63,174 nucleotides of DNA from a virus. Location of the stretch: IMG/VR virus record IMGVR_UViG_3300045988_076310; one strand, 5' to 3'. Under the pieces are notes generated by a model. The model ran no database searches and had not been told where the DNA came from. It saw only the letters and a list, made by a program, of their open reading frames with translations. Of the stretch, positions 1 to 9,740 are shown piece by piece (the stretch's first letter is position 1; each line of letters begins with the position of its first letter). The translations under genes and the position numbers were made by a program.

Positions 1-55
1 ACCAACTTAAGGATGCTGTGAAAGGTAAAATACCTAAGCACTTTAAGAGGAATAC
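1..55. repeat. Terminal direct repeat, left copy
   Basis: Bases 1-55 (accaacttaaggatgctgtgaaagg...agaggaatac) are identical to 63120..63174, so the window closes on itself with 63,119 unique bp. Confidence 0.95.
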
Positions 56-1538
56 CATTAGGGAGAGACATGGTTTTGAGAAAGAGCTAGAGTATTATAA
101 ATTAGGTTTTACTACAGCACTTTCTGAGTTCAACATAGAATTGTGGTGGTCCCAAGCTGTTCAGTTTGGGGCTTTCCTTAGTGGTGACTATAAAACAGGA
201 TACTGTGTAGCTACACCTCGTTATGGTAAGTCTTTCCTTTGTGGAGTAATGTCTAATCACTTTGCTTATGAAGGTGAGAACTGCTATGCTGTAGGTTCTA
301 CCCAGGAGTATTCAGGGATTATTATTCAGCATGCAAGAGAAATACTTGTGAAAGCTCACCCTGATGTTAAAGCTATGCTGTCCTTTGATGAGAAGGATGT
401 CACTTCTGTGGATAAGAGACTTAAGCGTGGTCTATCATCATTCTCTAGTGAAGGTTTCTCCTTCAGGAATGGTGGTAAGCTAGAAGGACTATCAGCAGGT
501 TCAAACTTTACTGACCCTTCTAAAATTCACGTCATTGGTCGTGGTGGTAACATGTTTGGAGATGAAGCTTCAGATATTTCACCTATAGCCCTTGGTCACA
601 TGGGTCGTAGAGAATTTGAGTCTGATGATGGACGAAAGCTCATCATGTACTTAATCTCAAACCCACGGTCACTTAACAGCTTCTATGACTTTATGATTAA
701 CGAAGACCTAGCTGATGATGAGTTTGTTATGTGGCTAGATGTTGTCACAGCTATGGAAGAAGGAAGTATCAAGTACACCAAGGAAGAGCTGATGAGGTCA
801 CAGTTTACAATAACTGAAGACTCAATCAGGGAAAACCTTTTGTGTGAGTTTCCTACAGAAAGGTCCTCATTCTTTGATGCTCCTCCTGATATTCTTGAGT
901 CATTCGATATGAAGCAAGAAGGATTAGACTTCTTCCTAGGAGTTGATAGTGCCTATAAGGGTGCTGACAGTATTCAGGTTACTATATCTTCTGTGGATAA
1001 GCATAATCACTTCACCACTATTGACACTAAGGACATTAAGCCTGCTGAGTGGATAGATGGTATCACAGCTATTGAGATTGTGGATAAGATAGTGACTATA
1101 GCGAACACACTTAAGGTAAAAGCTATTGGGATTGACTCAGGTGGTGGAGCTCACATAGTACAACCATTGAAAATGAGAAGATTATCAGGACAGCTTAAGT
1201 GCCCTGTGTATGATATTAACTTTGGTGGTAAGCCTACTGAGATTAAGGTTATTGCCAAGGACCCTAGTGCTGAATATGCTTTTAACCGAAGAGCTGAGAT
1301 GCACTTGATGTTAAGAGGTATGATGGAGGCTAAGAGAGTTTCCTTTGTACGTAAAGTTTGGGATGCTATATCAAGACAGATGTCCTTTGTGTCTGAAATT
1401 CAGAAACCTGAGGATAGAAAAGTCAAGATTAGACCTAAGGCTGAAATTAAGAAATTGCTAAGACAATCTCCTGACGAACTGGATAGTGTATTGCTCTCTC
1501 TCCATGTTGCTGAGTTGTTTTACTTAGGAGGTACCTAA
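18..1538 (+). CDS. terL: Terminase large subunit (ATPase + nuclease)
   Basis: Walker A-like TPRYGKSF, Walker B-like MFGDEAS, and C-terminal RNaseH-like acidic motifs LGVDSAYKGAD and IGIDSGGG. It directly precedes the portal-sized ORF. The true start may be 63017 across the junction, or GTG 18 with AAGGA upstream. Confidence 0.85.
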   Translation: MKGKIPKHFKRNTIRERHGFEKELEYYKLGFTTALSEFNIELWWSQAVQFGAFLSGDYKTGYCVATPRYGKSFLCGVMSNHFAYEGENCYAVGSTQEYSGIIIQHAREILVKAHPDVKAMLSFDEKDVTSVDKRLKRGLSSFSSEGFSFRNGGKLEGLSAGSNFTDPSKIHVIGRGGNMFGDEASDISPIALGHMGRREFESDDGRKLIMYLISNPRSLNSFYDFMINEDLADDEFVMWLDVVTAMEEGSIKYTKEELMRSQFTITEDSIRENLLCEFPTERSSFFDAPPDILESFDMKQEGLDFFLGVDSAYKGADSIQVTISSVDKHNHFTTIDTKDIKPAEWIDGITAIEIVDKIVTIANTLKVKAIGIDSGGGAHIVQPLKMRRLSGQLKCPVYDINFGGKPTEIKVIAKDPSAEYAFNRRAEMHLMLRGMMEAKRVSFVRKVWDAISRQMSFVSEIQKPEDRKVKIRPKAEIKKLLRQSPDELDSVLLSLHVAELFYLGGT

Positions 1539-2881
1539 TGGTATGTGGAAAATGTCGGAAGGATGAGTGCGGTGGAGACTGTGCAATGGACCGATACTTC
1601 AAAGGTGAATACAAAGACAGGTTAATCTATTCAAGCTCAGGCTTTAGAGGGACTTCTGTCAATGAAACCCTTGAAGATATTGAGAGACTTTCATTGGACT
1701 TACCTGATGTTGATTACATCCTAGATAATATTGTGAACTATATGTTTACCAATTCTCTGACTACAGATGACTTCACCAAGGATGAAACACTGAAAAACTT
1801 CCTCTATGACCATAACTTTAATGGTCAGCGAAATTATGATGTACTCAAGCAAGTTGCTAAAGGGTATAGAAAATATGGATATTATGGTTTGCTAAGAACC
1901 AAAGATGGTCTTGTTGGGGTACACCCAAAGGATATTCTAGCCTGTGTGATTGACTACCCTAAGAAGCCTGTTCTAAGACAAACTTTAGCCTATCTCATAA
2001 AGAATACTGATGTCTACCAAACACCTTATGACCGTAAGACTGGTAATCCTCGTATTGCCTCTGATTACTCTGAGGAAGACATCAAGAAAATTCTTGAAGA
2101 CCCTAAAAAGTATGAAAAAGAGGTTATGGTTGTCACCAGTGATGAGTTCGCTTGTGTAAGACTAGATACTTCACAGACTTTCTGTATGAGTCCATTACTA
2201 CGTGATAGAAAACGTGTTGAGCTTATCCTTAACATTCTTAACCGTATGAACTATGATATCTCTCGTAATGGTATTGGTACTATTGCACTTCAAGCTAAGG
2301 ATACACTTGAAGAACAAGTCCAGGAGAGTGTAGAGCAAGGTTCTTCTTTCGATAGTGGAGAATTGCTTGACTTAGGTCGTACAGCTAAAGAAGAGCGTAA
2401 TCAGAAGATTATTGAGGATATTGAGAAGTTTGCTGAGAAGCTTTCTGAGACTGAGTTCAATGATGCTATTGTGTACACAGGTAACTTCCAAAACCTTGAA
2501 CAGCTTGAACGTGATACCAAGGCTACAGACTTCCTAGAGTATCTATCTCAGTATGTTCCTGCTATCATCTGTCGTATGTTTGGTGTTCCTGCTAGATTAT
2601 TTGACTCAGACAAGACAGTATCTAACATTGGTACTCACAGTATCATTGATAATGCTATGAAGAACACAATCATACCTATGCGAGACCACTTCTTAGGTCA
2701 GGTTGTACATCTTCTTCAGAAGTCTACTGGACTTAAAGAGTATATTAAGTTTGATAGTTATGAGTTTGCTAATAGCTATAACTATAACAATGACATTTAC
2801 ATCCTTGATGTATATGACAGATTAAAAGATATCGACATGGATATGGCTGAAGCCTATCTAGCTAAAAACCTAATTGTTTAA
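1538..2881 (+). CDS. Portal protein (putative)
   Basis: 447-aa ORF immediately after terL, with start overlapping the terL stop and a GGAGG RBS. The call rests on size and position. N-terminus has a Cys cluster, CGKCRKDECGGDC. Confidence 0.6.
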   Translation: MVCGKCRKDECGGDCAMDRYFKGEYKDRLIYSSSGFRGTSVNETLEDIERLSLDLPDVDYILDNIVNYMFTNSLTTDDFTKDETLKNFLYDHNFNGQRNYDVLKQVAKGYRKYGYYGLLRTKDGLVGVHPKDILACVIDYPKKPVLRQTLAYLIKNTDVYQTPYDRKTGNPRIASDYSEEDIKKILEDPKKYEKEVMVVTSDEFACVRLDTSQTFCMSPLLRDRKRVELILNILNRMNYDISRNGIGTIALQAKDTLEEQVQESVEQGSSFDSGELLDLGRTAKEERNQKIIEDIEKFAEKLSETEFNDAIVYTGNFQNLEQLERDTKATDFLEYLSQYVPAIICRMFGVPARLFDSDKTVSNIGTHSIIDNAMKNTIIPMRDHFLGQVVHLLQKSTGLKEYIKFDSYEFANSYNYNNDIYILDVYDRLKDIDMDMAEAYLAKNLIV

Positions 2882-2890
2882 GGAGAAATC

Positions 2891-3439
2891 ATGTCAGAGA
2901 AGATTTTAAGCATTGAAGAACTTGCAAAGATGCAGGACAGCTTCATTGGAGCTACACAAACTGATACACCTGTAGCTATCCAAACACCAACTAGTTCAGT
3001 TGTGAATGGAGAGCCTACTAAAATTGGTGCTACAGAACCTAAAGATTATACTTTAGTATTTTACCTTCCAGTTCCTAAAGAAGGTGCTCCTCAGGGTGCT
3101 GAACTTGTGATGGATGGTAAAGCATATAAGCAAGTAGTCCATGCTGAGGAAAAATTTGTTTCTCCTCGTATTGCACGTAAGGTTAGACATTATGCTTCAA
3201 CACTTGCCCTAGCTTTTACTGACTTGAAAGAAGATGGTTCATCTGAAATCTACACAGTAGAAGACTTAATCAAGGTATATGAAGTATTTGATGATAATGT
3301 AATCGAAGCTTGTGAAAAACTATTAGGAGCAGTATTAGGAGTAAGTGACTCTCTCCTACAGTACATTACAGATGAGTCATTGATTGAGAACTGTTCTAAA
3401 GTATTGGATAACAATCCTTCGTTTTTTCAAGCTGATTAG
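2891..3439 (+). CDS. Hypothetical head-module protein
   Basis: AAGGAG RBS; same-strand packed array. Confidence 0.65.
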   Translation: MSEKILSIEELAKMQDSFIGATQTDTPVAIQTPTSSVVNGEPTKIGATEPKDYTLVFYLPVPKEGAPQGAELVMDGKAYKQVVHAEEKFVSPRIARKVRHYASTLALAFTDLKEDGSSEIYTVEDLIKVYEVFDDNVIEACEKLLGAVLGVSDSLLQYITDESLIENCSKVLDNNPSFFQAD

Positions 3440-3860
3440 TTATTTGGTGAGGTACCAGTGGGCTTATCTTCAAGGTTTAGTAAAACCTAAAGATGAGTTC
3501 ACAGGACTTGCCTATGAAGAGATGGTCCCTGTGTCTCTAGATGAGATAACTGAGCAGGTACTCTCTGTTTGCAAAGAATACAATATTAGTTATGAACATG
3601 CTATGAATAAGATGTATTATCCTGATATAACTGTTATGTATGCTAAGATGGCTAATGAACACGCTTTCAAGACATATAATGACTGGTTAAATCTAGATGA
3701 AACTTCCCAAGGCAAGTTTGTTACTGATTATGGACCTCCTAAGCCTTATGTGTATGAGATACTTACACCTGACAAACAAAAAGAAGGGCTTGAGAAACAG
3801 GAGAAATCTAGAAATACATTGAAAGATATGTACCGTCATGGAGGACGAATTAATGACTGA
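3384..3860 (+). CDS. Hypothetical protein (start uncertain)
   Basis: The open frame overlaps the previous gene by 56 nt. Listed start is TTG without a clear RBS; the first in-frame ATG is at 3522. Confidence 0.5.
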   Translation: MRTVLKYWITILRFFKLISYLVRYQWAYLQGLVKPKDEFTGLAYEEMVPVSLDEITEQVLSVCKEYNISYEHAMNKMYYPDITVMYAKMANEHAFKTYNDWLNLDETSQGKFVTDYGPPKPYVYEILTPDKQKEGLEKQEKSRNTLKDMYRHGGRIND

Positions 3861-4422
3861 AGTTATCAGTGATGTTTTAGGGTTTTTAGACACAAAACGA
3901 AAAGAAATTTTGCCTGAGTATACACGTAATGGAAAACCTGTGTATACATTGAGAAAATATGCAGACTTGACTGACCTAGATGCAGAAGTGCTAATCAATG
4001 GTGGTCATGAAAACGTAGCTCAAAAAATTCCTACTATTGGAGTTACAGGTAACATGCTTCGTACACCACGTACATCATACGCTGTGAATGTGGAAGTTGC
4101 TTTTGATAATCGTGTAAAAGTATCTGACCAAAAAGTAGGTCAGAAGACTGAGAAGGTCTACACCTTTGTGGTTGACCAACGTGCATTGATGGAGCAGTCC
4201 ACAGGACATCTATATGCTAACTACATTGTAGGCTTTGTGGTTGGTAAAGGTAAAGATGACAAGCCTGAAGTACGAGGAACTGTGCATATCAAGGAAGATG
4301 ACTTCCTTAACAACTTTGATACAACTTTTGACCCTTTCAGAATGGAAGAGATTATGGAGTTAATCAATAGATACCGTCTAGAGCATGGTACAGCCAAGGT
4401 TCTTGATGAAATCGAGTTCTAA
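3853..4422 (+). CDS. Hypothetical head-module protein
   Basis: ATG 3853 follows GGAGGA with about 7 nt spacing and overlaps the upstream stop (ATGACTGA). The ORF track starts it at 3838. Confidence 0.65.
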   Translation: MTEVISDVLGFLDTKRKEILPEYTRNGKPVYTLRKYADLTDLDAEVLINGGHENVAQKIPTIGVTGNMLRTPRTSYAVNVEVAFDNRVKVSDQKVGQKTEKVYTFVVDQRALMEQSTGHLYANYIVGFVVGKGKDDKPEVRGTVHIKEDDFLNNFDTTFDPFRMEEIMELINRYRLEHGTAKVLDEIEF

Positions 4423-4429
4423 TTGACAT

Positions 4430-4456
4430 GGAGGTAATTTGACATTACCTCCTTTT
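4430..4456 (+). terminator. Rho-independent terminator-like hairpin
   Basis: GGAGGTAAT (4430-4438), loop ttgac, ATTACCTCC (4444-4452), then TTTT. Confidence 0.55.
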
Positions 4457-4466
4457 ATGTTATATT
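4439..4466 (+). promoter_or_regulatory. Sigma-70-like promoter overlapping the terminator hairpin
   Basis: TTGACA 4439-4444, 16-nt spacer ending TGt, TATATT 4461-4466. Confidence 0.4.
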
Positions 4467-4498
4467 ATGTTTATAATTATGCAGGAAGGAGCACTTTG

Positions 4499-4786
4499 AT
4501 GGCTAACACAATTAAAGTTCCAAAGATGAAGCTTAAAATTGTAGTTGCAGGTGAAACTAAAGAGTTTAAATCACCTTTGGCTGAAACAATTTTAGCTCAA
4601 GTTCGTAAGGTTGTAGTTGGACAAGAACAAATTCAATACTTTGATGTTGAAGAGAAGAAGTTCAAATCATTCACTTATTGCTGTGGTGATAAGTATGAGT
4701 TCAACTATGAATTGGAAGAAGTTAAGCTCAAGGAAACTGAGTTTGATTGTTATGGCTTCCCTATCACATACGCAGGAGATAAGTAA
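4499..4786 (+). CDS. Hypothetical protein
   Basis: ATG 4499 is preceded by GGAAGGAG. The ORF track extends to 4439, but that stretch lies inside the hairpin/promoter. Confidence 0.6.
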   Translation: MANTIKVPKMKLKIVVAGETKEFKSPLAETILAQVRKVVVGQEQIQYFDVEEKKFKSFTYCCGDKYEFNYELEEVKLKETEFDCYGFPITYAGDK

Positions 4787-4953
4787 TGACAGAAACAAAA
4801 ATTGTAGGTCAAACTTACAAAGAGTTTCTGCGTGAAGTTCGTGCGAGACAGTTTGGTTATGAGCTTGATGAGGTATCTAGTATTACTGAAGGTACCACAG
4901 TTAAAGCAAGTAATGAAAAAGGAAAAGAGAAAGAAGTGAATAAGAGTGAGTAA
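4786..4953 (+). CDS. Small hypothetical protein (55 aa, below the ORF-track cutoff)
   Basis: ATG overlaps the upstream stop (TAATG), with GGAG 7 nt upstream. Translates MTETKIVGQTYKEFLREVRARQFGYELDEV...KEVNKSE and fills an otherwise empty gap. Confidence 0.5.
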   Translation: MTETKIVGQTYKEFLREVRARQFGYELDEVSSITEGTTVKASNEKGKEKEVNKSE

Positions 4954-5281
4954 GTTTAGAGTGTCTAGGTTTTTGAAGCGTGACCTAGTTATCAGAGTCA
5001 GCTTTTTAAATGATAAGGGCATCATCCAAAACTCACGTAAGCTTTTTGAATTTTATCCTAACAGTTCTCAGGAGAATGAAGGTTGGTATGAAACTGATGA
5101 TGAAGTTCTCTTGAAGAGTCTTGAAGAAATAACTGAACAGCTACCTTTCTCTACTGAAACAGAAGCAGGATTAAAACAGGATGGTGTACCTTATGAGTAT
5201 ACCTACTGTGCATCCTGTGGAGGTAGAAAAGTGCGTAAGTTGAAATACAACATGTTTGAGGTGATTAGGGATGCCAATTAA
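4946..5281 (+). CDS. Hypothetical protein with a C-terminal CxxC pair
   Basis: GTG start overlaps the previous stop. Contains YTYCASCGGRKV. Confidence 0.5.
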   Translation: MSKFRVSRFLKRDLVIRVSFLNDKGIIQNSRKLFEFYPNSSQENEGWYETDDEVLLKSLEEITEQLPFSTETEAGLKQDGVPYEYTYCASCGGRKVRKLKYNMFEVIRDAN

Positions 5282-6404
5282 GTCACAGATTGCTAAGAGA
5301 ATTATTGATGAGATTAATGTGTATCTTGAACAGAAGGACTCATTAGACTCTATCATGAACCTCTCTAAGACTGGAAAAGAGTCTGAAAAGTTATCTGTTG
5401 ATAGGATTGATAATCCTAATGGTTATATGACATTACTCTCTGAAGGTTCTGTCCTTTACTCTGATGGTACAATTAGGCTGTACATCTGTAAAGGGACCCT
5501 TAAGAATTGGTATGATAACTTACCTGATGATTTTGAAGGTTTTGTTAGTACAGGTCACAGGGACTTAGATGCTTACCCTGTGAGAGAGGGTTACTTCAGA
5601 AAGTCTGACCTTAAGCTTGTGGTTGATGAGCGTGGTAGGTATGACCTACTTGTAAAACCTCATGTAAATTTGGAATTAAGTAATATAAAGGACTTATTAA
5701 TTCAAGATGAGCCTTTTGCTATTTCTTCTGAGTTCATGTGGTACCACAAGGAGATTAGGGAAGTTGACCTAGAAGAGTTTACTAAACTTGCTGAGTATAA
5801 CCTTGAACATGGTGGGACCATTGATGTACCTATCACAGATAGAGTAGAAATATTAGGCTTCTCCTTTGTGGGAAACCCTGGTAACGCAAAGAGTGGAGGA
5901 TATGAACCTTCACTACTAGTAAGAAATGAGGAAGAACACTTGAAGAATAAAGAAATTCTTGATAAAGTTCTCGCTCACCTTAGTGCACAAGTTGAAGAAG
6001 AAGTTAAGGAAGCTACTGAGCTTGAAGTTGCTGAAGTAGTTGAAACTCCTGAAACAACTGAAACAACTGAAGCACCTGAAGTAGAAGAAGTGAAAGAAGA
6101 AGCTGAAGCTACTGAAGAAAAAGTTGAAGCAGAAGAACCAAAAACTGAAGAAGGTGAAGCTCTTGCTAAAGCTATTGAGGCTATTGAGACCCTTAAGGCT
6201 GAAGTAGAAACACTTAAATCAGAAAAAGCACAATTACAAGCTGAGCTTGAAACTAAGAAAGAAAATGAAGATGCTGTGGAAGGTCAGTTGAGCAAACTTG
6301 CTAAACTATTGGAAACTGTAAATCCCACTGTGGAGAAAGCATCTAAAGAAGAGCCAAAAGAAGCTACTAACCGCTTTGGACGTGCTCGTTTTGGAGGACA
6401 ATAA
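5271..6404 (+). CDS. Putative prohead protease/scaffolding protein
   Basis: Lies immediately upstream of the capsid-sized ORF. The C-terminal roughly 140 aa is an E/K/A-rich coiled coil (EEVKEATELEVAEV...LKAEVETLKSEKAQLQAELE), typical of scaffolds. Confidence 0.5.
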   Translation: MPIKSQIAKRIIDEINVYLEQKDSLDSIMNLSKTGKESEKLSVDRIDNPNGYMTLLSEGSVLYSDGTIRLYICKGTLKNWYDNLPDDFEGFVSTGHRDLDAYPVREGYFRKSDLKLVVDERGRYDLLVKPHVNLELSNIKDLLIQDEPFAISSEFMWYHKEIREVDLEEFTKLAEYNLEHGGTIDVPITDRVEILGFSFVGNPGNAKSGGYEPSLLVRNEEEHLKNKEILDKVLAHLSAQVEEEVKEATELEVAEVVETPETTETTEAPEVEEVKEEAEATEEKVEAEEPKTEEGEALAKAIEAIETLKAEVETLKSEKAQLQAELETKKENEDAVEGQLSKLAKLLETVNPTVEKASKEEPKEATNRFGRARFGGQ

Positions 6405-7591
6405 TGACTAAAACTAACTTTGATATTTTGTTAGGTGAAGCTATTGACAACTTGTATGAGCGTACAAAAGCTAAACTAGGTAATGTTGAAAACTTCTCTA
6501 ATGAAGACGGTAAAATTCCTTTTGGTATCTCACGTGACTGGTCAAAAGCACAACCTTCACTTCGTGAAGTTGGTATGGATGATGAGTTGGTAAACGATAT
6601 CCTTAAGCGTTTTGAACAATCATCTTTCGGTGCACTTCGTCAAGCTAAAAATGGCGACTGGATTATGGAAGGTATCACTTGGGGAACTAAAGCTCCTGAC
6701 TTTGCCAACGATACTTCAGATGCCTGCTGTTTCACTGAGAAGTTCACTATGCAAGCTACAGGTGATGCTACACCAGTTCGTTACCTCTGTTTCAAAGACT
6801 GTGAAACTCGTCTTGACCGCTTGATGAAAGACAAGATGCACTTCAAACAGGGAGACCTTCTTAACATCTTCCAACGTTTGGGTATGTCTTATGAAGAAGC
6901 TGAACAATTCATGGCATGGTATACTTTCGCCTTTATCGTTCAACGTCATATCGTTCAAGGTATGTTGAACTTCCAAGGTCAAGGTCTACGCCCATTCGCA
7001 GGTGTGGCTGAAATGATGTCTCACCCAGGGGTTACTCCTATTGATGCTTCAGGTTCAGTTATCGGTGCTTTCCGTCAGGTTGCTTGCTACCTTGATGTAT
7101 TGAACAACCAATCAGCACGGTATAAAATCTATGTTCACCCATTAACTCTTCGTGGAATTAAAGCTGAAATCGTTCCAGGTAAAGATGGTAAGCTTCCTCA
7201 AGGATGGTCAGTAAATGGTGAAACAATTAGATTTAGAGGTATTCCTTTTGGAACTTCTTACCACTTGCCTTATGACCTTGAAGAAACTATGACTGGTGAA
7301 GCTTACGTTATTGACTTGGCTAGAGTAGAAGCATTGACTCAGTATGACTTGTTCGTACCTCAATCATCTATCTACACTCAACGTACTGAAGATACATCTA
7401 AACCAGGATGTGAAGTCATCTGTGACAAGTATGAAAACTTCGGTTTGGTACATACTAACTCACACATCTCTCACCTCCTTGTGGCTAACATTCCACTTGA
7501 GCAAACTTGCCCTGCTGTGGTATTTGAACGTATCCAAGGACTTCTCACAGGACTTAATCCATTCCCTATGGCGACTATTCCTGCTAAATAA
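6404..7591 (+). CDS. Major capsid protein (putative)
   Basis: 395-aa ORF directly after the scaffold-like gene (ATG overlaps the stop; GGAGG RBS). The call is positional. Confidence 0.6.
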   Translation: MTKTNFDILLGEAIDNLYERTKAKLGNVENFSNEDGKIPFGISRDWSKAQPSLREVGMDDELVNDILKRFEQSSFGALRQAKNGDWIMEGITWGTKAPDFANDTSDACCFTEKFTMQATGDATPVRYLCFKDCETRLDRLMKDKMHFKQGDLLNIFQRLGMSYEEAEQFMAWYTFAFIVQRHIVQGMLNFQGQGLRPFAGVAEMMSHPGVTPIDASGSVIGAFRQVACYLDVLNNQSARYKIYVHPLTLRGIKAEIVPGKDGKLPQGWSVNGETIRFRGIPFGTSYHLPYDLEETMTGEAYVIDLARVEALTQYDLFVPQSSIYTQRTEDTSKPGCEVICDKYENFGLVHTNSHISHLLVANIPLEQTCPAVVFERIQGLLTGLNPFPMATIPAK

Positions 7592-7602
7592 GGAGACAGT
7601 AA

Positions 7603-8391
7603 ATGCAACCTGAATTGGAATTAATTAAAATCACCAATAAGCTTCAAGAGAAGTGTGGTTGCTTTGACTGTGATGATGGAGCAACAATGCAGGGGTACAT
7701 GGAGAGCTTTCTTCGTGTACTCGCTCGCTTGTTCTGTTGGACTGATGGTGAGTGTGCTACTATTCTGAAGAGTAGAAGACATGAAGTTATACCTATCACT
7801 GAGTTTGAACTTTGCGGTTGTGATGCAATGGTTGAGATTAAGCCTTATTACTATAAGGGGTTTGACCCTAATTCACTCAAGGTCTACTTACATAAACGTA
7901 AGGGCTTGGAGAGAGAAGAGTACGAACTTGATACTACAAAGTATAACTGGTCCTTTGTGGATGGAACTTTACTGATTAATGTCACAGATGAACTCAGCCC
8001 TTGCTGTAGGTGTTGTGACCCTTGCTCTTGTGAGGCTCAGTATAAAATCATCTTGGATTATGAAGCAGGATACACCTCTGAAAATCTACCTGATTGTATC
8101 TATGAGGCTATGTGTCACTTCATGAATATCTTCATCTCTTATCAGAATAACTGTGGTTCACTTGATGAGTGTGCTAACATGGATAGATTGGCTGTAGGAG
8201 CTGTGCTTAAGCAGAAATCAGTAGACTATATCGTAAGAGAATGGACTATTGATAATGGAAGCATTGACAGGTTCTACGTTAAGTTAATCAATAAATGGTC
8301 ACTAGCTACACTCAGCTCACTATCACTGTGTAAAAAAGTTTACACAGAAGGGATGCACTTAGCTATTGGGAGAAGAAAAGAATGCAAGTAA
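7603..8391 (+). CDS. Cys-rich head-tail connector candidate
   Basis: AAGGAG RBS. Cys clusters KCGCFDCDDG, ELCGCD and SPCCRCCDPCSCE. Function is inferred from position only. Confidence 0.55.
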   Translation: MQPELELIKITNKLQEKCGCFDCDDGATMQGYMESFLRVLARLFCWTDGECATILKSRRHEVIPITEFELCGCDAMVEIKPYYYKGFDPNSLKVYLHKRKGLEREEYELDTTKYNWSFVDGTLLINVTDELSPCCRCCDPCSCEAQYKIILDYEAGYTSENLPDCIYEAMCHFMNIFISYQNNCGSLDECANMDRLAVGAVLKQKSVDYIVREWTIDNGSIDRFYVKLINKWSLATLSSLSLCKKVYTEGMHLAIGRRKECK

Positions 8392-8768
8392 AATACAATG
8401 GAGAATACGCAAGAGAGTCACGCTCTTACGGATGCTCTAAGTGTGGTACTGGACGCTCCATTAGTGGTGTAGAAACTTACCGTACTGTGTATAGAACTTA
8501 CTATGGAGGAAGGTTATATATCTTTGAACAAGGTAAAACCTATCCTGTAGATGAAATTCTAGGTAAGTATCTTACAAACTTGAAATACACAGATAAGCAA
8601 GGTAACATTCGTAACACTTTTGAAGAAGTTCCTGATACTACAGAAGCTACTTTTGTTAGGGATATTGAGAATACTGAGTTTAAGATTGCAGAAGAAGAGG
8701 CTCCAAAGCCTGAAGCTCCTGTTGAAAAACCAGTGGGAAACAATAATCCTAAACCTGAAGAACTGTAA
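8382..8768 (+). CDS. Hypothetical structural-module protein
   Basis: Overlaps the upstream stop. Contains CSKCG and a P/E-rich tail. Confidence 0.6.
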   Translation: MQVKYNGEYARESRSYGCSKCGTGRSISGVETYRTVYRTYYGGRLYIFEQGKTYPVDEILGKYLTNLKYTDKQGNIRNTFEEVPDTTEATFVRDIENTEFKIAEEEAPKPEAPVEKPVGNNNPKPEEL

Positions 8769-8782
8769 TATTAGGGGGTATC

Positions 8783-9283
8783 ATGGGTCTACCACAGAAT
8801 AATAAAGAGATTATTTTATTGAGACAAGGTACAGCTACTCCCACTTATGATGAGAATAGTAGACAAGTCTTTAAATGCCTGTGGGAAGAAGTTGAGCACA
8901 TCAAGTGTGTTGACCACATGCCTACCTCTAGAGGAGCTGAAAGTGATGCCACTACAATTCATGGACTTGAAGGCTCTAGGCAGTTAGAAACATTCTACTT
9001 TTCACTTCATAATCAATCTCACGCTTGTGATTTTGATTTTAAGCATGGTTACTACATCATGCAAAGGATATCCACTAAATGTAACTATTGGGATTGTCCT
9101 GAGGATGCAGGATATCTATTTTGGAAGGTAGTTGCCTATAGAAGCTACGAGATACTTCCAGGATGTTGGGATATTAAGCTCACTGGTGAGCGATTAATCC
9201 CTAGAGAAAGTGAGCAGATGCTCCTAGAGTGTGCACCTTTTGTTAAGCAATTACAGGGGGTGATTACAGTTGACCACGATTGA
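8783..9283 (+). CDS. Hypothetical neck/connector protein
   Basis: GGGGG RBS; packed array between the capsid and tail genes. Confidence 0.6.
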   Translation: MGLPQNNKEIILLRQGTATPTYDENSRQVFKCLWEEVEHIKCVDHMPTSRGAESDATTIHGLEGSRQLETFYFSLHNQSHACDFDFKHGYYIMQRISTKCNYWDCPEDAGYLFWKVVAYRSYEILPGCWDIKLTGERLIPRESEQMLLECAPFVKQLQGVITVDHD

Positions 9284-9740
9284 TATTCATAATTTTAAAG
9301 GTACTGAACTAGTTGATGAGTTTACTGATTTTGTTATGACTGGTACATTAGAAGCCAAGGCTATTGCTTCTAGACAAACTGGTAGGATGATAAACTCAGT
9401 CAAGATTAGGAAAGTACCAGGTGGGTTTGAAGTATACAGTGACAGGTCAGACTTCCCTCCAACTTCTAGAGGAAAAGTTAGATATTATACTAAAGTATAT
9501 GTTGAAAAAGGTTATCCTAATTGGGAACCATTCGACTTTATCTATCAAGGTTTCATGAACATTGGAGAGGGAGAGCTTGTCAAAGGTGGAGTAGGTATGT
9601 ACTCTGCTAAACATCCTTCAGGTAGAAGAGGTTCAGGTTCATCAAGTCTATCAGGGAGTGATAGAGCTTCTGTGACAGCTTATTTACAGAAATCAGGTAC
9701 TAAATTTTCACTTAAAGTACCTAAGAGGTTAGTGAAATGA
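9270..9740 (+). CDS. Hypothetical neck/tail-completion protein
   Basis: TTG start with GGGGGTGA upstream. Overlaps both neighbours. Confidence 0.55.
   Translation: MTTIDIHNFKGTELVDEFTDFVMTGTLEAKAIASRQTGRMINSVKIRKVPGGFEVYSDRSDFPPTSRGKVRYYTKVYVEKGYPNWEPFDFIYQGFMNIGEGELVKGGVGMYSAKHPSGRRGSGSSSLSGSDRASVTAYLQKSGTKFSLKVPKRLVK

Noticed and set aside
1-55. The 55-bp terminal repeat as a genuine cos site or direct terminal repeat.
   Set aside because: It falls in the middle of the terL reading frame, and an exact 55-bp overlap is typical of de Bruijn-graph assembly. An assembly overlap of a circular or permuted genome is more likely.
2891-3860. Possible programmed frameshift joining 2891..3439 to the overlapping 3384..3860 ORF.
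   Set aside because: I could find no slippery heptamer or stimulatory structure in the 56-nt overlap. The second frame is +1, and the location between portal and scaffold is not a known frameshift site. I treat them as two genes, with an uncertain start for the second.
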